From NCBI GenBank assembly GCA_964291405.2, contig OZ219926.1, positions 3,392,001 through 3,456,000 on the forward strand: 64,000 nt of DNA, in the 5' to 3' direction. Positions 8,729 through 17,796 of the stretch are shown piece by piece; the stretch's first letter is position 1, and each line of letters opens with the position of its first letter. Under the pieces are notes generated by a model that did no database searches, had not been told where the DNA came from, and was given only the letters and a program-made list of their open reading frames with translations. The translations under genes were made by a program, and so were the position numbers. Source of the stretch: Thermodesulfobacteriota bacterium. GTDB taxonomy: Bacteria > Desulfobacterota > Binatia > Bin18.

Positions 8729-10129
8729 CTATAACTCCGGGTGCTGCTTATGCCACTCGGTGGCCTGCTCATACGCATAGCCAACCTGACAGATGGTCTG
8801 CTCGTCAAACGGCTTGCCGGCAATCTGAAGGCCGACAGGTAAACCATCCGTATCAAAGCCACACGGCACCTGAATGGCCGGTAGGCCGGTGAAATTGAAA
8901 ATCGGGGTGTAGACGCTGAAGTCTGCGGAAACGATGCTCAGGCCGGGCGAGCCTTCGGCAATGGGGTTCACCTGAAAGCCTGCGGTGGGCAGCATCAGGA
9001 CATCGACGTTAGTGTCGAGGGCGTTGAGGAGATCGTCCCGTACCTGGGCGCGGACCTGGGCCCCCATCAGGTATTGCGCTCCGCTGACCAGGAGACCGTA
9101 GGCCACAAAGAGTTTGGCATGGGGATTATACTTATCCCCACAGTTGCGCACATTGTCCACGTGGATGGCCGCGCACTCGGAAAATAATCCCGGCCACTCA
9201 ATGGCCTGGAGTTGGCTCAGCGTAATGGAAGGAACATCAACGATTTCCGCTCCGAGGCGCTCGAATTGCTGGACCGCCTGGTTATAGGGTCCGAGCAGCT
9301 TAGGGTCACAGTTGTCTTCATAAATGGAATGTAGCAGCCCGATCCGCATGCCCGTAATGTCCTGACCGATCTTCTCGGTAAAGTCCGGCACAGGTATATC
9401 TGCCGAGGCCGGGTCCAACGGGTCATAGCCGGCACAGCCTTGCAGCATGAGGGCTGCGTCGGTCACGGTTCGGGCGAGTGGGCCGGTGTGGTCGAGGCTC
9501 CACGAGAGCGGATACACGCCCGCTCGACTGACGCGGCCATAGGTCGCTTTGAGCCCGACAATGCCGCAGCACTGGGCCGGCCAACGGATGGAGCCGCCCG
9601 TACACGATCCCATACCGGCATAGGCCATCCCCGCGGCGGTCGAAGCCGCAGTGCCGCTGCTCGACCCGCCGGCATCATGAGCCAAGTTCCAGGGATTATG
9701 CGTTGGCTGGTAATAGGACTGTTTGGTGGGAAAACCATAGGCAAACTCATAGGTCGCGGTCTTGCCCAAGACCAGCGCGCCGGCTTCCTTGAGTTTTGCA
9801 ACCGAGGTGCAGTCCTTTTCGGCCACATAATGTTCCAGCGATTGGGAGCCGCAGGTGGTTGGCCCGCATTCATAGATGTCTTTAATGCCGATGGGGACGC
9901 CGTGCAGGGGGCTGCGATAGGTCCCGCGCTGAATCTCGGCCTCAGCCGCATGGGCCGCTTCCATCACTTCATCTCTGAAAACCGTATTAAAGGCATGGAG
10001 CTGAGGTTCGAGTTGTTCTACTCGATCGAGCATGGCCTGGGTGACCTCGACCGGGGAAACGTCTTTTCGCTGAATGTTCCCGGCCAATTCCTCAATCGAC
10101 ATATAAGCGAGTTCTCGGGCAGCCGTCAT
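8729..10129 (-). CDS. Amidase signature family enzyme (GatA/AtzE-like)
   Basis: LHGVPIGIKD (Lys), GGSSSG (cis-Ser), GSCTGGSIR (nucleophile Ser), GLKATYGRVS. Confidence 0.92.
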   Translation of the reverse strand: MTAARELAYMSIEELAGNIQRKDVSPVEVTQAMLDRVEQLEPQLHAFNTVFRDEVMEAAHAAEAEIQRGTYRSPLHGVPIGIKDIYECGPTTCGSQSLEHYVAEKDCTSVAKLKEAGALVLGKTATYEFAYGFPTKQSYYQPTHNPWNLAHDAGGSSSGTAASTAAGMAYAGMGSCTGGSIRWPAQCCGIVGLKATYGRVSRAGVYPLSWSLDHTGPLARTVTDAALMLQGCAGYDPLDPASADIPVPDFTEKIGQDITGMRIGLLHSIYEDNCDPKLLGPYNQAVQQFERLGAEIVDVPSITLSQLQAIEWPGLFSECAAIHVDNVRNCGDKYNPHAKLFVAYGLLVSGAQYLMGAQVRAQVRDDLLNALDTNVDVLMLPTAGFQVNPIAEGSPGLSIVSADFSVYTPIFNFTGLPAIQVPCGFDTDGLPVGLQIAGKPFDEQTICQVGYAYEQATEWHKQHPEL

Positions 10130-10347
10130 GAGGTCCCCCCTTTCTTATCGAGCGCGTGCACCAGTACGGGCTCGCTCTCCGGCATGCTCATGCCCTCAAC
10201 CAGTTGGCGGGATTGCCGCATATCTTCCACGACCCGCTGCCAGCGCAGGAGGTTTTCATACGGGACCAGCAGCTTATCGAGTTCGGCATCGGTCAGCTCA
10301 AGGTTCCACTCGGCGAGTTTCGCTGCAATGAGGGCTTTTGTGTCCAT
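10126..10347 (-). CDS. Small amidase partner protein, GatC/AtzG-like
   Basis: 73 aa with helical 'LELTDAELDKL' and C-terminal 'ESEP'; ATGA overlap with the amidase start. Confidence 0.6.
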   Translation of the reverse strand: MDTKALIAAKLAEWNLELTDAELDKLLVPYENLLRWQRVVEDMRQSRQLVEGMSMPESEPVLVHALDKKGGTS

Positions 10348-10356
10348 ACTCTTCTC

Positions 10357-10641
10357 CTACTTCAGTTCCGTTTCCACAAAGACGAACTCGTAGTCATTGG
10401 CGTTAATCACATCGTGTTCGACCCCGACATTCCGAAAATAGGGGATGCCCTGGGTCAACTCGGCTTCGTGGTCGCCGTCCGGAGCTTTCAGCAATAACTT
10501 GCCCGTTGTCATGGGTACGACAACATAGTCGTACTCATGCCGATGGTAGCCGGTTGCCGCACGGGGGGCGAAACGCCACTCCGTCACGCGCACGCGCTCA
10601 TTATCGATGAGAACGGTCGAGTGGGCTTGCTCTTGCGACAT
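10357..10641 (-). CDS. Cupin domain protein (BauB-like)
   Basis: 'DNERVRVTEWRF.P...TG.H.H..DYVVVP', 'GVEHDV.N', 'FVE.ELK'; AAGGAGG RBS. Confidence 0.85.
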   Translation of the reverse strand: MSQEQAHSTVLIDNERVRVTEWRFAPRAATGYHRHEYDYVVVPMTTGKLLLKAPDGDHEAELTQGIPYFRNVGVEHDVINANDYEFVFVETELK

Positions 10642-10793
10642 ACAACCCTCCTTCCCTGTTGCTGTGGAAAGAGCGTAGCGCAAGAATTTTGAGATGCAAC
10701 TATTTTCGTTGTGACAGGCTGAGTGGCGAAAAAGGCGACCCGACGATAGGGTCGTGTGTCCAGCCGGGCTGGATTACAGATTTTGGCCGGGCC

Positions 10794-11507
10794 CTAGGAG
10801 TGCTCAGCCGCTATCCATTCACGTTGCATCCGGTCCGGCTGGAGGCCCATGCGTGGCTTTCGCTCGGGAATAATCTGATAACAGGTGGACTGAACGGTCC
10901 CGAGTCCGCAGAGCGTCTCATAACCAGCTGACTGCTGCCACCGCTGGCAATCCGTGGTGCTGCTCCAAGAGCTGAGCAGGACGTAATGCACGGCTGCCTG
11001 CTGCGGCACAATGCCGCCGAGCCGGGTAAAGACATAGGGGGTATGGATATGCTCGTTTCTAATCGCCTCATAGGGCAGGATACCAAAGCTCGTAATGTCC
11101 GAGAGTGCAGCGGTGACCTGACCGGACTCTTTGTCTAAAAGCGGTGTGTCCCTGAGCAGCATGGTTTCGTTCAGGATGGTACCAGTCGCCGCTTCGTTGT
11201 CGGCCAGTATCCGTCCTTTGCGTAGATAATAGGCGGTCCACCATTTTTCTCGGGCTTCATCCTGGACCTTTACATGTGCATGGTCACGCTGCCAGTCTTC
11301 CATGGCTTCGAGCGTGTCAAACTTGGCAAAGAAGAGCCACCAGGAAGTACCCGCAATCGGCCCGCCATAGGTTTCCCGAAAGCCCGCCTGTGCTACGGCA
11401 TGGGGCATGAACTGTTCATGGCGTTTGATATAGGCGTCCAAGAATTCCGGACGTGGACGAAAGCCGCCTTCGGCAATGTGCAGGGTAGAGGAGAAATCTT
11501 CAGCCAT
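10794..11507 (-). CDS. Antibiotic-biosynthesis-monooxygenase (dimeric alpha-beta barrel)-like protein, apparently two domains
   Basis: 'LEAMEDWQRDHAHVKVQDEAREKWWTAY' and a second 'SSWSS...WQQS..Y' ABM-like motif. Confidence 0.55.
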   Translation of the reverse strand: MAEDFSSTLHIAEGGFRPRPEFLDAYIKRHEQFMPHAVAQAGFRETYGGPIAGTSWWLFFAKFDTLEAMEDWQRDHAHVKVQDEAREKWWTAYYLRKGRILADNEAATGTILNETMLLRDTPLLDKESGQVTAALSDITSFGILPYEAIRNEHIHTPYVFTRLGGIVPQQAAVHYVLLSSWSSTTDCQRWQQSAGYETLCGLGTVQSTCYQIIPERKPRMGLQPDRMQREWIAAEHS

Positions 11508-11596
11508 GGCGTCCTCCCTTTTTCAGCACCAGAAGTATTGAGGCGAGTGTACTCAGCCGCGATTTGATAGGCAAGCTTGTGAGTGAGAATATCTCA

Positions 11597-11727
11597 TCCC
11601 CTCTTGGGAGGGGTGTCGCAACGCGGCGGGGTGGGTTTCAGCCGGTTGAGTAGGCTGCGTCAGGGCGGGGAGGGTCAGGCCGGAGGAACCCACCCCGGCC
11701 CTTCGGGCCACCCCTCCAAGGAGGGGA
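11597..11727. repeat. Inverted doublet of a ~42-bp GC-rich palindromic (REP-like) unit
   Basis: TCCCCTCTTGGGAGGGGTG...GGGGTGGGTT (11597-11638) and its near reverse complement (11686-11727). Confidence 0.7.
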
Positions 11728-11791
11728 GTGGGTTATAGAAGGCTTTTGTCCGGCGCGGCAAAGTGCTATGGCGGCAGTGGAGGAGGACGCC

Positions 11792-13258
11792 ATGTCAACA
11801 TCAAAATCTGCTGCAATCCGAGCCAAGCTGGATCACCCGGTGATTGATTCAGATGGCCATATGGTCGAATTTGAACCCGGCTTTCTCGACTATCTCAAGC
11901 GAGAGGGCGGTGCCTCCATGGTCAAGCGCTTTCTCTCACCCGAGCGTAACTCCGGAGGCTGGGGCCGTTTGTTCCGTTGGTATTCCTTGTCGCCCGAAGA
12001 GCGTCTGGACCAACGCGCGACGCGCTCGCCGTGGTGGGCGCTACCGACAAAGAACACCTTGGATCGCGCAACCGCCATGCTGCCCAAGCTCTTGTCCGAA
12101 CGGATGGACGTCATCGGCCTTGACTTTACCGTTCTCTACCCAACGCTGGGCCTACTGTTCCCACATATTGAAAACCCCGAAATGCGCCGGGCAGCCTGCC
12201 GGGCGCTCAATACTTTTCATGCGGAGTATTTCGGCGAGTATGCCAGCCGGATGACCCCGGCGGCCGCTATTCCCATGCACACGCCGCAGGAGGCCATTGA
12301 AGAGCTTGAGTTTGTGGTTCACGAGCTCGGTCTCAAGGCCGTGATGATGGCCGGGCATGTGCAGCGTCCCATTCCGGTAGTCGAACGTGCTGCCCCGGAG
12401 GTTGCCGAACACGCGTTTTGGCTGGATACGTTCTGTTTGGACAGCGCGTATGACTATGACCCGGTCTGGGCTCGCTGTGTCGAGCTGAAGCTCGCGCCGA
12501 CCTTTCACTCGCCGGCCATGGGCTGGGGCAGCCGGACCTCCATCTCGAACTATATGTATAACCACATCGGACATTTTGCCGCCTCGGGCGAAGCGCTGTG
12601 TAAAGCCATGTTCATGAGTGGCGTCACGCGTCGGTTCCCGACGCTCAAGTTCGGCTTCCTGGAAAGTGGGGTTGGCTGGGCGTGTAATCTGTACGCCGAT
12701 ATGATCGGCCACTGGGAGAAGCGCAACGGCACAAAGATGGCCAACTACGATCCGGCCAATCTGAACTCCGAGCAGTTGCTCGATTTGTATCAACGCTACG
12801 GCGGCAAATGGGCCAAGGAATATCCCGGCCGTCTGATCGATGAAAAAAACTTGATGGGCGGTACCCGCGAAGACCCGAACACGCTGGATGACTGGGCGCA
12901 CTGCGGGATTGAAAAAGCCGAAGACATCAAAGGCTTGTTTATTCCTAATTTCTATTTCGGTTGTGAAGCTGATGATCCTATGAATGCCATAGCGTTTAAT
13001 GCCAGGCTGAACCCGTTTGGCGCTCGTCTCAAGGCCATTTTCAGTTCGGATATCGGTCACTGGGACGTGCCCGACATGGAAGAAGTTCTGGAAGAGGCCC
13101 ACGAACTGGTCGAGCACGACGTGATCACCCCAGATGACTTTCGGGATTTTGTCTTCACCAATCCGACCACGCTATGGACGGGGACCAATCCCGACTTTTT
13201 CAAAGGAACGGTGGTGGAGGGGGCCGTGGACAAGCTGCTGGCTCAAGAGGCTGCGTAA
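11792..13258 (+). CDS. Amidohydrolase family protein (Amidohydro_2 type)
   Basis: 'HPVIDSDGH', 'YDPVW..CVEL', 'FGFLESG', 'FGCEADD', 'SSDIGHWD'; AGGAGG RBS. Confidence 0.88.
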   Translation: MSTSKSAAIRAKLDHPVIDSDGHMVEFEPGFLDYLKREGGASMVKRFLSPERNSGGWGRLFRWYSLSPEERLDQRATRSPWWALPTKNTLDRATAMLPKLLSERMDVIGLDFTVLYPTLGLLFPHIENPEMRRAACRALNTFHAEYFGEYASRMTPAAAIPMHTPQEAIEELEFVVHELGLKAVMMAGHVQRPIPVVERAAPEVAEHAFWLDTFCLDSAYDYDPVWARCVELKLAPTFHSPAMGWGSRTSISNYMYNHIGHFAASGEALCKAMFMSGVTRRFPTLKFGFLESGVGWACNLYADMIGHWEKRNGTKMANYDPANLNSEQLLDLYQRYGGKWAKEYPGRLIDEKNLMGGTREDPNTLDDWAHCGIEKAEDIKGLFIPNFYFGCEADDPMNAIAFNARLNPFGARLKAIFSSDIGHWDVPDMEEVLEEAHELVEHDVITPDDFRDFVFTNPTTLWTGTNPDFFKGTVVEGAVDKLLAQEAA

Positions 13259-13282
13259 CTGCGTGGGATAAAGAGGAGAAGC

Positions 13283-14971
13283 ATGGCCTACGATCTGTTG
13301 ATCAAAAACGGAACCGTTGTGGATGGCACGGGTGCGGCCCGCTATCGGGCCGATATTGGGGTGGCGCAGGGCCGGATCGCCGAAATTGCGCCAACCGGGA
13401 CACTCAATGAGAACGCTCTCCGCGTTATTGACGCATCCGATCTGATTGTCGCCCCAGGCTTTATTGACCCTCACACCCACTACGATGCCCAGGTCTGCTG
13501 GGACCCGCTGATTTCCTGTTCTTCGTGGAACGGGGTGACGAGTGTGGTGATGGGAAACTGCGGGGTGGGGCTTGCGCCGTGTCTGCCCGAGAAGCGGGAG
13601 GTGCTGGCCTGGGATCTGGTCAATGTGGAGGGGATGTCCTTTGAGGTGTTATCACAGGGCGTGACCTGGGGGTGGGAGAGCCTGGCGGATTTCATGGCCG
13701 CTCCGTTCCGGACGGGGATGGGAATCAATCTCGGTTTTCTGGTTCCGCTGTCGCCGATTCGATCCTACGTCATCGGGGAAGCCGCCCAGGAACGGGCCGC
13801 AACGCCTGACGAGACCCAGCGGATTGCGACCCTCCTGCGAGAAGGCGTACAGGCCGGGGCGCTCGGCTTTTCCACCACCGTGGCCACGCAACACGTAGGC
13901 TTCAAGGGTCGCCCTCTGGCGTGTCGTCTCGCCAGTCGGGACGAGCTACGGGCGTATGCAAATGTGCTACGCGACCTCGGGCAGGGCGCGATCGAGGTGA
14001 ACCTGGGAGGCGCCGGATCATCTATCCTGCCCTCGGGTAGTCCCGAGCTGATTGATTTCCTGCTGGCCGAAAGCCAGCGTCCGGTCACTTGGCTGTCGGT
14101 GCAAACGCGGAGTGACCAGCCAACCGCGCACCGCGAACTGTTGACCAATACCGATGGACTGATTCAACGCGGAGGGATTCCCCAGGCGAGCTGCCAGCCT
14201 ACAGAGCTCCAGTTCAATCTGCGCAACCCCTTTATCCTGGGCGCGTATGACGTGTGTCACTCCTTGTTTAATTGTACCGCTGAAGAACAGGCACGGATCT
14301 ATGCCGACCCGACCTTCCGGGCGGCGTTCCGGGCGGCGTGTACGGCAACGCCCAAAGCGTTCAGCGGCCAGTGGCAACAGACGCAGGTGTGCAAGGTCGG
14401 CAAACCGGCACATCAGGCGTGGCTGGGGAAAAGCATTGCGGAGCTGAGTCAGCAGGCCGGTACCGACCCCTTTGACACCTTTTTCGATCTGGCCTTGGCC
14501 GATGATCTGGTGACTGAGTTCTCCCTGGCCATGCTGAATTTTGATCTCGACTTGGTTGAGGAAGTCATTACGGACCCGCGTGTGTTGATCGGCTTGTCGG
14601 ACGGCGGGGCGCATGTCGATATGCTGTGTAACGCTGGCTATCCGACCTATCTGCTCGGGACCTGGGTGCGCAGGCGTCAGGCCATGAGTCTGGAACGAGC
14701 GGTGCAGCGCATCACCTCCGAACCGGCCCAGCTTTTTGGTTTGTTGGATCGAGGTGTGATTGCAACAGGTAAAGCTGCGGACTTTGTGGTTTTTGATTCC
14801 TACACGGTTGATGCTGGGGAAAAAGTGATGCTGAACGACCTACCGGGTGGAGAGCGGCGCTTTGTACAACGCGCCGAAGGCATACACCATGTTGTCGTGA
14901 ACGGGGAGATCGTGCTCACTCAGGGCGAGCACTCCGGCGCACTGCCGGGGCAGATGCTGCGTGCGGGTTGA
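13283..14971 (+). CDS. N-acyl-D-amino-acid deacylase family amidohydrolase
   Basis: 'APGFIDPHTHYDAQ', 'GNCG', 'SDGGAH', 'RG....GKAAD'. Confidence 0.9.
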   Translation: MAYDLLIKNGTVVDGTGAARYRADIGVAQGRIAEIAPTGTLNENALRVIDASDLIVAPGFIDPHTHYDAQVCWDPLISCSSWNGVTSVVMGNCGVGLAPCLPEKREVLAWDLVNVEGMSFEVLSQGVTWGWESLADFMAAPFRTGMGINLGFLVPLSPIRSYVIGEAAQERAATPDETQRIATLLREGVQAGALGFSTTVATQHVGFKGRPLACRLASRDELRAYANVLRDLGQGAIEVNLGGAGSSILPSGSPELIDFLLAESQRPVTWLSVQTRSDQPTAHRELLTNTDGLIQRGGIPQASCQPTELQFNLRNPFILGAYDVCHSLFNCTAEEQARIYADPTFRAAFRAACTATPKAFSGQWQQTQVCKVGKPAHQAWLGKSIAELSQQAGTDPFDTFFDLALADDLVTEFSLAMLNFDLDLVEEVITDPRVLIGLSDGGAHVDMLCNAGYPTYLLGTWVRRRQAMSLERAVQRITSEPAQLFGLLDRGVIATGKAADFVVFDSYTVDAGEKVMLNDLPGGERRFVQRAEGIHHVVVNGEIVLTQGEHSGALPGQMLRAG

Positions 14972-15039
14972 GAGGCGAGCCAGCGCGTTGCCCGGTAATC
15001 ACTCATCGGTGCGTAGCGGGCACGCGGCAAGGAGGGAGC

Positions 15040-16104
15040 ATGAAATTCGCTATTCTCTACAACACCGACTATTACCCCGACATCCACGGCTCGGCCGAGC
15101 AGTATTACAACCAGATTCTGGAACAGGTCGAACTGGAAGAAGAACTCGGATTTGACGCGGTCTGGTTTGGCGAGCACCACTACTCGGGCTATTCGTTTGG
15201 GTCGCCGCCGGTCATGGCTATGGCGGCAGCTGGCCGGACCAAACGCATTCGGCTCGGGACTGGCATCTCCCTGGTACCACTCAATAACCCTATCCGACTG
15301 GCCGAAGAGTACGCCATGGTCGATGTGCTCTCCGGTGGCCGCCTGGAGTACGGCATCGGCAGAGGCTTTCTGAAATACTCGCATAAAATTTTTGGTGTGG
15401 ACGAAGCGGAAAATACCGAGCGCTATCACGAGGGGACGGATATTATCTGTACAGCCTGGACGAGTCCGCAGCCCTTCTCGTATCACGGCAAATTCTGGGA
15501 GCTCGAAGACTACACGTTCTTCCCCAGTCCGCTGCAAAAGCCCCACCCGCCTATCTATGCTTCCGGGGCGATTACGCCCGAGAGTTACCAGTGGGCCGGT
15601 CAGCGGGGCTTTCATTTGGCGACCGCTTTTTTCTTACCCAATCAAGAGCACGTCCAGGAGTGCATCGGCCTCTACCGTCAAGCGCTCCGGGAAAATGGCC
15701 ATGAGCCGGCCGCCCACGATGTCGCCGGCGTGTACCAGATGTATTGTGGCAAATCGAACGAAGAAGCCAGGCGCAACGGAGGTCAGCACGCGCTGACGTA
15801 TTACGCCTTCTTTGGGGCCTTGGCCCAGCGTGGCGCCTTAACCTCTCAGTCGTTTGCCTACCACAAGGGGACGATCTCGCATCTCTTTGCCGGGCTAACC
15901 TTCGAGGATTTGGACAAGCGTAACTTGGTCCTGGTTGGTGATCCCGAGAATCTGGTCGAACGTATCCGCTGGGCTCAAGAGTTCTACGGCACGAACTATT
16001 TGATTCTTGAAATCGCCCAGGGCGGCATGAAGCACGAACACGTCGTGCCCTCGCTCGAACGCTTTGCCAAATATGTCATGCCCGTGTTCCGGGATGAAGC
16101 ATGA
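15040..16104 (+). CDS. LLM-class flavin-dependent oxidoreductase
   Basis: 'LGFDAVWFGEHHY', 'NPIRLAEE.AMVD.LSGGR', 'P.QKPHPP'; AAGGAGG before ATG 15040. Confidence 0.92.
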   Translation: MKFAILYNTDYYPDIHGSAEQYYNQILEQVELEEELGFDAVWFGEHHYSGYSFGSPPVMAMAAAGRTKRIRLGTGISLVPLNNPIRLAEEYAMVDVLSGGRLEYGIGRGFLKYSHKIFGVDEAENTERYHEGTDIICTAWTSPQPFSYHGKFWELEDYTFFPSPLQKPHPPIYASGAITPESYQWAGQRGFHLATAFFLPNQEHVQECIGLYRQALRENGHEPAAHDVAGVYQMYCGKSNEEARRNGGQHALTYYAFFGALAQRGALTSQSFAYHKGTISHLFAGLTFEDLDKRNLVLVGDPENLVERIRWAQEFYGTNYLILEIAQGGMKHEHVVPSLERFAKYVMPVFRDEA

Positions 16105-16110
16105 GGTGTC

Positions 16111-16150
16111 TCCCCCTCGGAGGGCTGTCGTGTGAGTGCTGGGGTGGACT
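16111..16150 (+). repeat. Degenerate single copy of the 11597 REP-like unit
   Basis: TCCCCCTCGGAGGGCTGTCG...GGGGTGGACT resembles TCCCCTCTTGGGAGGGGTGTCG...GGGGTGGGTT. Confidence 0.45.
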
Positions 16151-16273
16151 CCCTCTCCTGCCGGTCTCTTGCTATATGTCCCTAAAATATGAAAGAGTCG
16201 GTACATTCGCCTACCAGCGGTACAGGCGGGTCAATCTCAAACCGTAAGAACGAGGAAAAAGGGAGGACTGCAT

Positions 16274-17569
16274 ATGCATATTATGTCTTTCTCGGAACGT
16301 GAATACGTCGATGTCTCCGAGGATGCGATTATCGAAAACGGGAGTAGCTATTTTGGTCTCCCGAACACCATGTTTGACCCCGACCGAGGCGGCCAGCTCA
16401 TGAATGAGTATCTGGACGAGCGGGTCTATGCCGAAGAGCTGGGCTTTGATGGCGTCATGCTCAACGAGCACCACCAGACCCCGTTTTGTGGTGGTGGGGT
16501 TATGGATGTGGAAGCCTCCATTCTGGCCCGTATCACCAAACGGGTGAAAATTGTCCTGCTCGGTAACCCCCTCCCGGTGGGCGATCCGTTGCGACTGGCC
16601 GAAGAGTTGGCCACGATTGATATGATTTCCGGCGGCCGTCTGGTACCGGGTTGGGTGCGTGGTGCGGGTACGGAACAACTCGCCAATAACATCAACCCGG
16701 CCTACAATCGGGAGCGCTTTAACGAAGCCCATGAATTCATTCAACAGGCGTGGACCAAACCGGGACCATGGCGCTACGAGGGTAAACACTACCATTACCG
16801 GAACGTGAATCCCTGGCAGTTGCCGGTGCAGAAGCCGGTGCCGCAACAATGGATTCCGGGGCTGATCAGCCCGGAAACCGTCATCTGGAGTGCCAAACAC
16901 CGCTATCCCTATGTGGCGCTGGGCACTAATGTCGAAGCCACGGTCGAGATGGTGAATCTGTACGCCGATGTTGCCGAGCAGGAAGGCTATCAGGCCGGGC
17001 CGGAAAACTTCGGCTATCTGCAGAACGTGTGTGTAGCCGAGACGGAGGAGAAGGCGCATGAATTGGCCAGGGGCTTTGTCTTTGGCGGTGGATTCGGCTC
17101 GTTTGCCCGCGCTGAATGGATGTTCCCTCCGGGATACAACTCCAAGGCCGCGACCAAGCGTCTGGCGCAAGCTTTGACCGACCCGCGCACCGGCGCCGAA
17201 ATCATCAAGCATACCCAGGGTGAGATTGACGTCGAAGAAATCAAGCGGAGCATTGAGTCGGGTTTCCAGGCCTCTCTTGACAGCGATCTGATTATGGCCG
17301 GTACACCGGAGACGGTGATGAAGAAGCTTCGGAAAATGTGTGAAACCCTCCGACCCGGCATCATGGGTCTATGGTATCACCACGGTCCGATGGATTTTGA
17401 GCAGCGCAAAACCTGCCTGCGTCTGCTTGGCCAGGAAGTCCTGCCGGCCATGCGTGAAATGGCCAAAGAGCTCGATCTGCCTGGGCCGTTTGAGGTGGCG
17501 CCGGGTTCGCGTTCGCTGCCGGCCTCCGGCAAACGCGAACAGATCGTGCCTGATATCGCTGCGGCCTAA
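16274..17569 (+). CDS. LLM-class flavin-dependent oxidoreductase
   Basis: 'AEELGFDGVMLNEHHQT', 'PLRLAEELATIDMISGGR', 'PVQKP'. Confidence 0.92.
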   Translation: MHIMSFSEREYVDVSEDAIIENGSSYFGLPNTMFDPDRGGQLMNEYLDERVYAEELGFDGVMLNEHHQTPFCGGGVMDVEASILARITKRVKIVLLGNPLPVGDPLRLAEELATIDMISGGRLVPGWVRGAGTEQLANNINPAYNRERFNEAHEFIQQAWTKPGPWRYEGKHYHYRNVNPWQLPVQKPVPQQWIPGLISPETVIWSAKHRYPYVALGTNVEATVEMVNLYADVAEQEGYQAGPENFGYLQNVCVAETEEKAHELARGFVFGGGFGSFARAEWMFPPGYNSKAATKRLAQALTDPRTGAEIIKHTQGEIDVEEIKRSIESGFQASLDSDLIMAGTPETVMKKLRKMCETLRPGIMGLWYHHGPMDFEQRKTCLRLLGQEVLPAMREMAKELDLPGPFEVAPGSRSLPASGKREQIVPDIAAA

Positions 17570-17592
17570 GGCGCGCTTCAGTAAACAACGAA

Positions 17593-17621
17593 ACAGGGGC
17601 GGTCCGTAGAACCGCCCCTGT
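17593..17621. repeat. REP-like hairpin (GGGGCGG...CCGCCCC class); may also act as a terminator
   Basis: ACAGGGGCGGT-CCGTAGA-ACCGCCCCTGT; related to the hairpin at 53833. Confidence 0.6.
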
Positions 17622-17772
17622 CACCCGCCTGCGGGAGATTGCCGCTCGCGACTTTGGTCTCCAGCACATCACGCTCCAGGTGGAGCGGTCGCCGGAAGGG
17701 TGTACCGAACACCACCACGTCGATCACCTGTACGCCCGTACGACCGACGAAGCGCAGGCCGCCATCAGCTAA
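17620..17772 (+). pseudogene. C-terminal remnant of a cation diffusion facilitator (CzcD/ZitB-like)
   Basis: Translates VTRLREIAARDFGLQHITLQVERSPEGCTEHHHVDHLYARTTDEAQAAIS*; FG-x2-H-x-TLQVE plus a His-rich tail; no start codon or TM domain. Confidence 0.65.
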
Positions 17773-17796
17773 GAAACAGGGACGACAGCCGGGCTC

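Noticed and set aside
8729-10347. gatCA of the tRNA-dependent amidotransferase
   Set aside because: There is no gatB, the sequence lacks GatA-specific motifs, and the context is catabolic.
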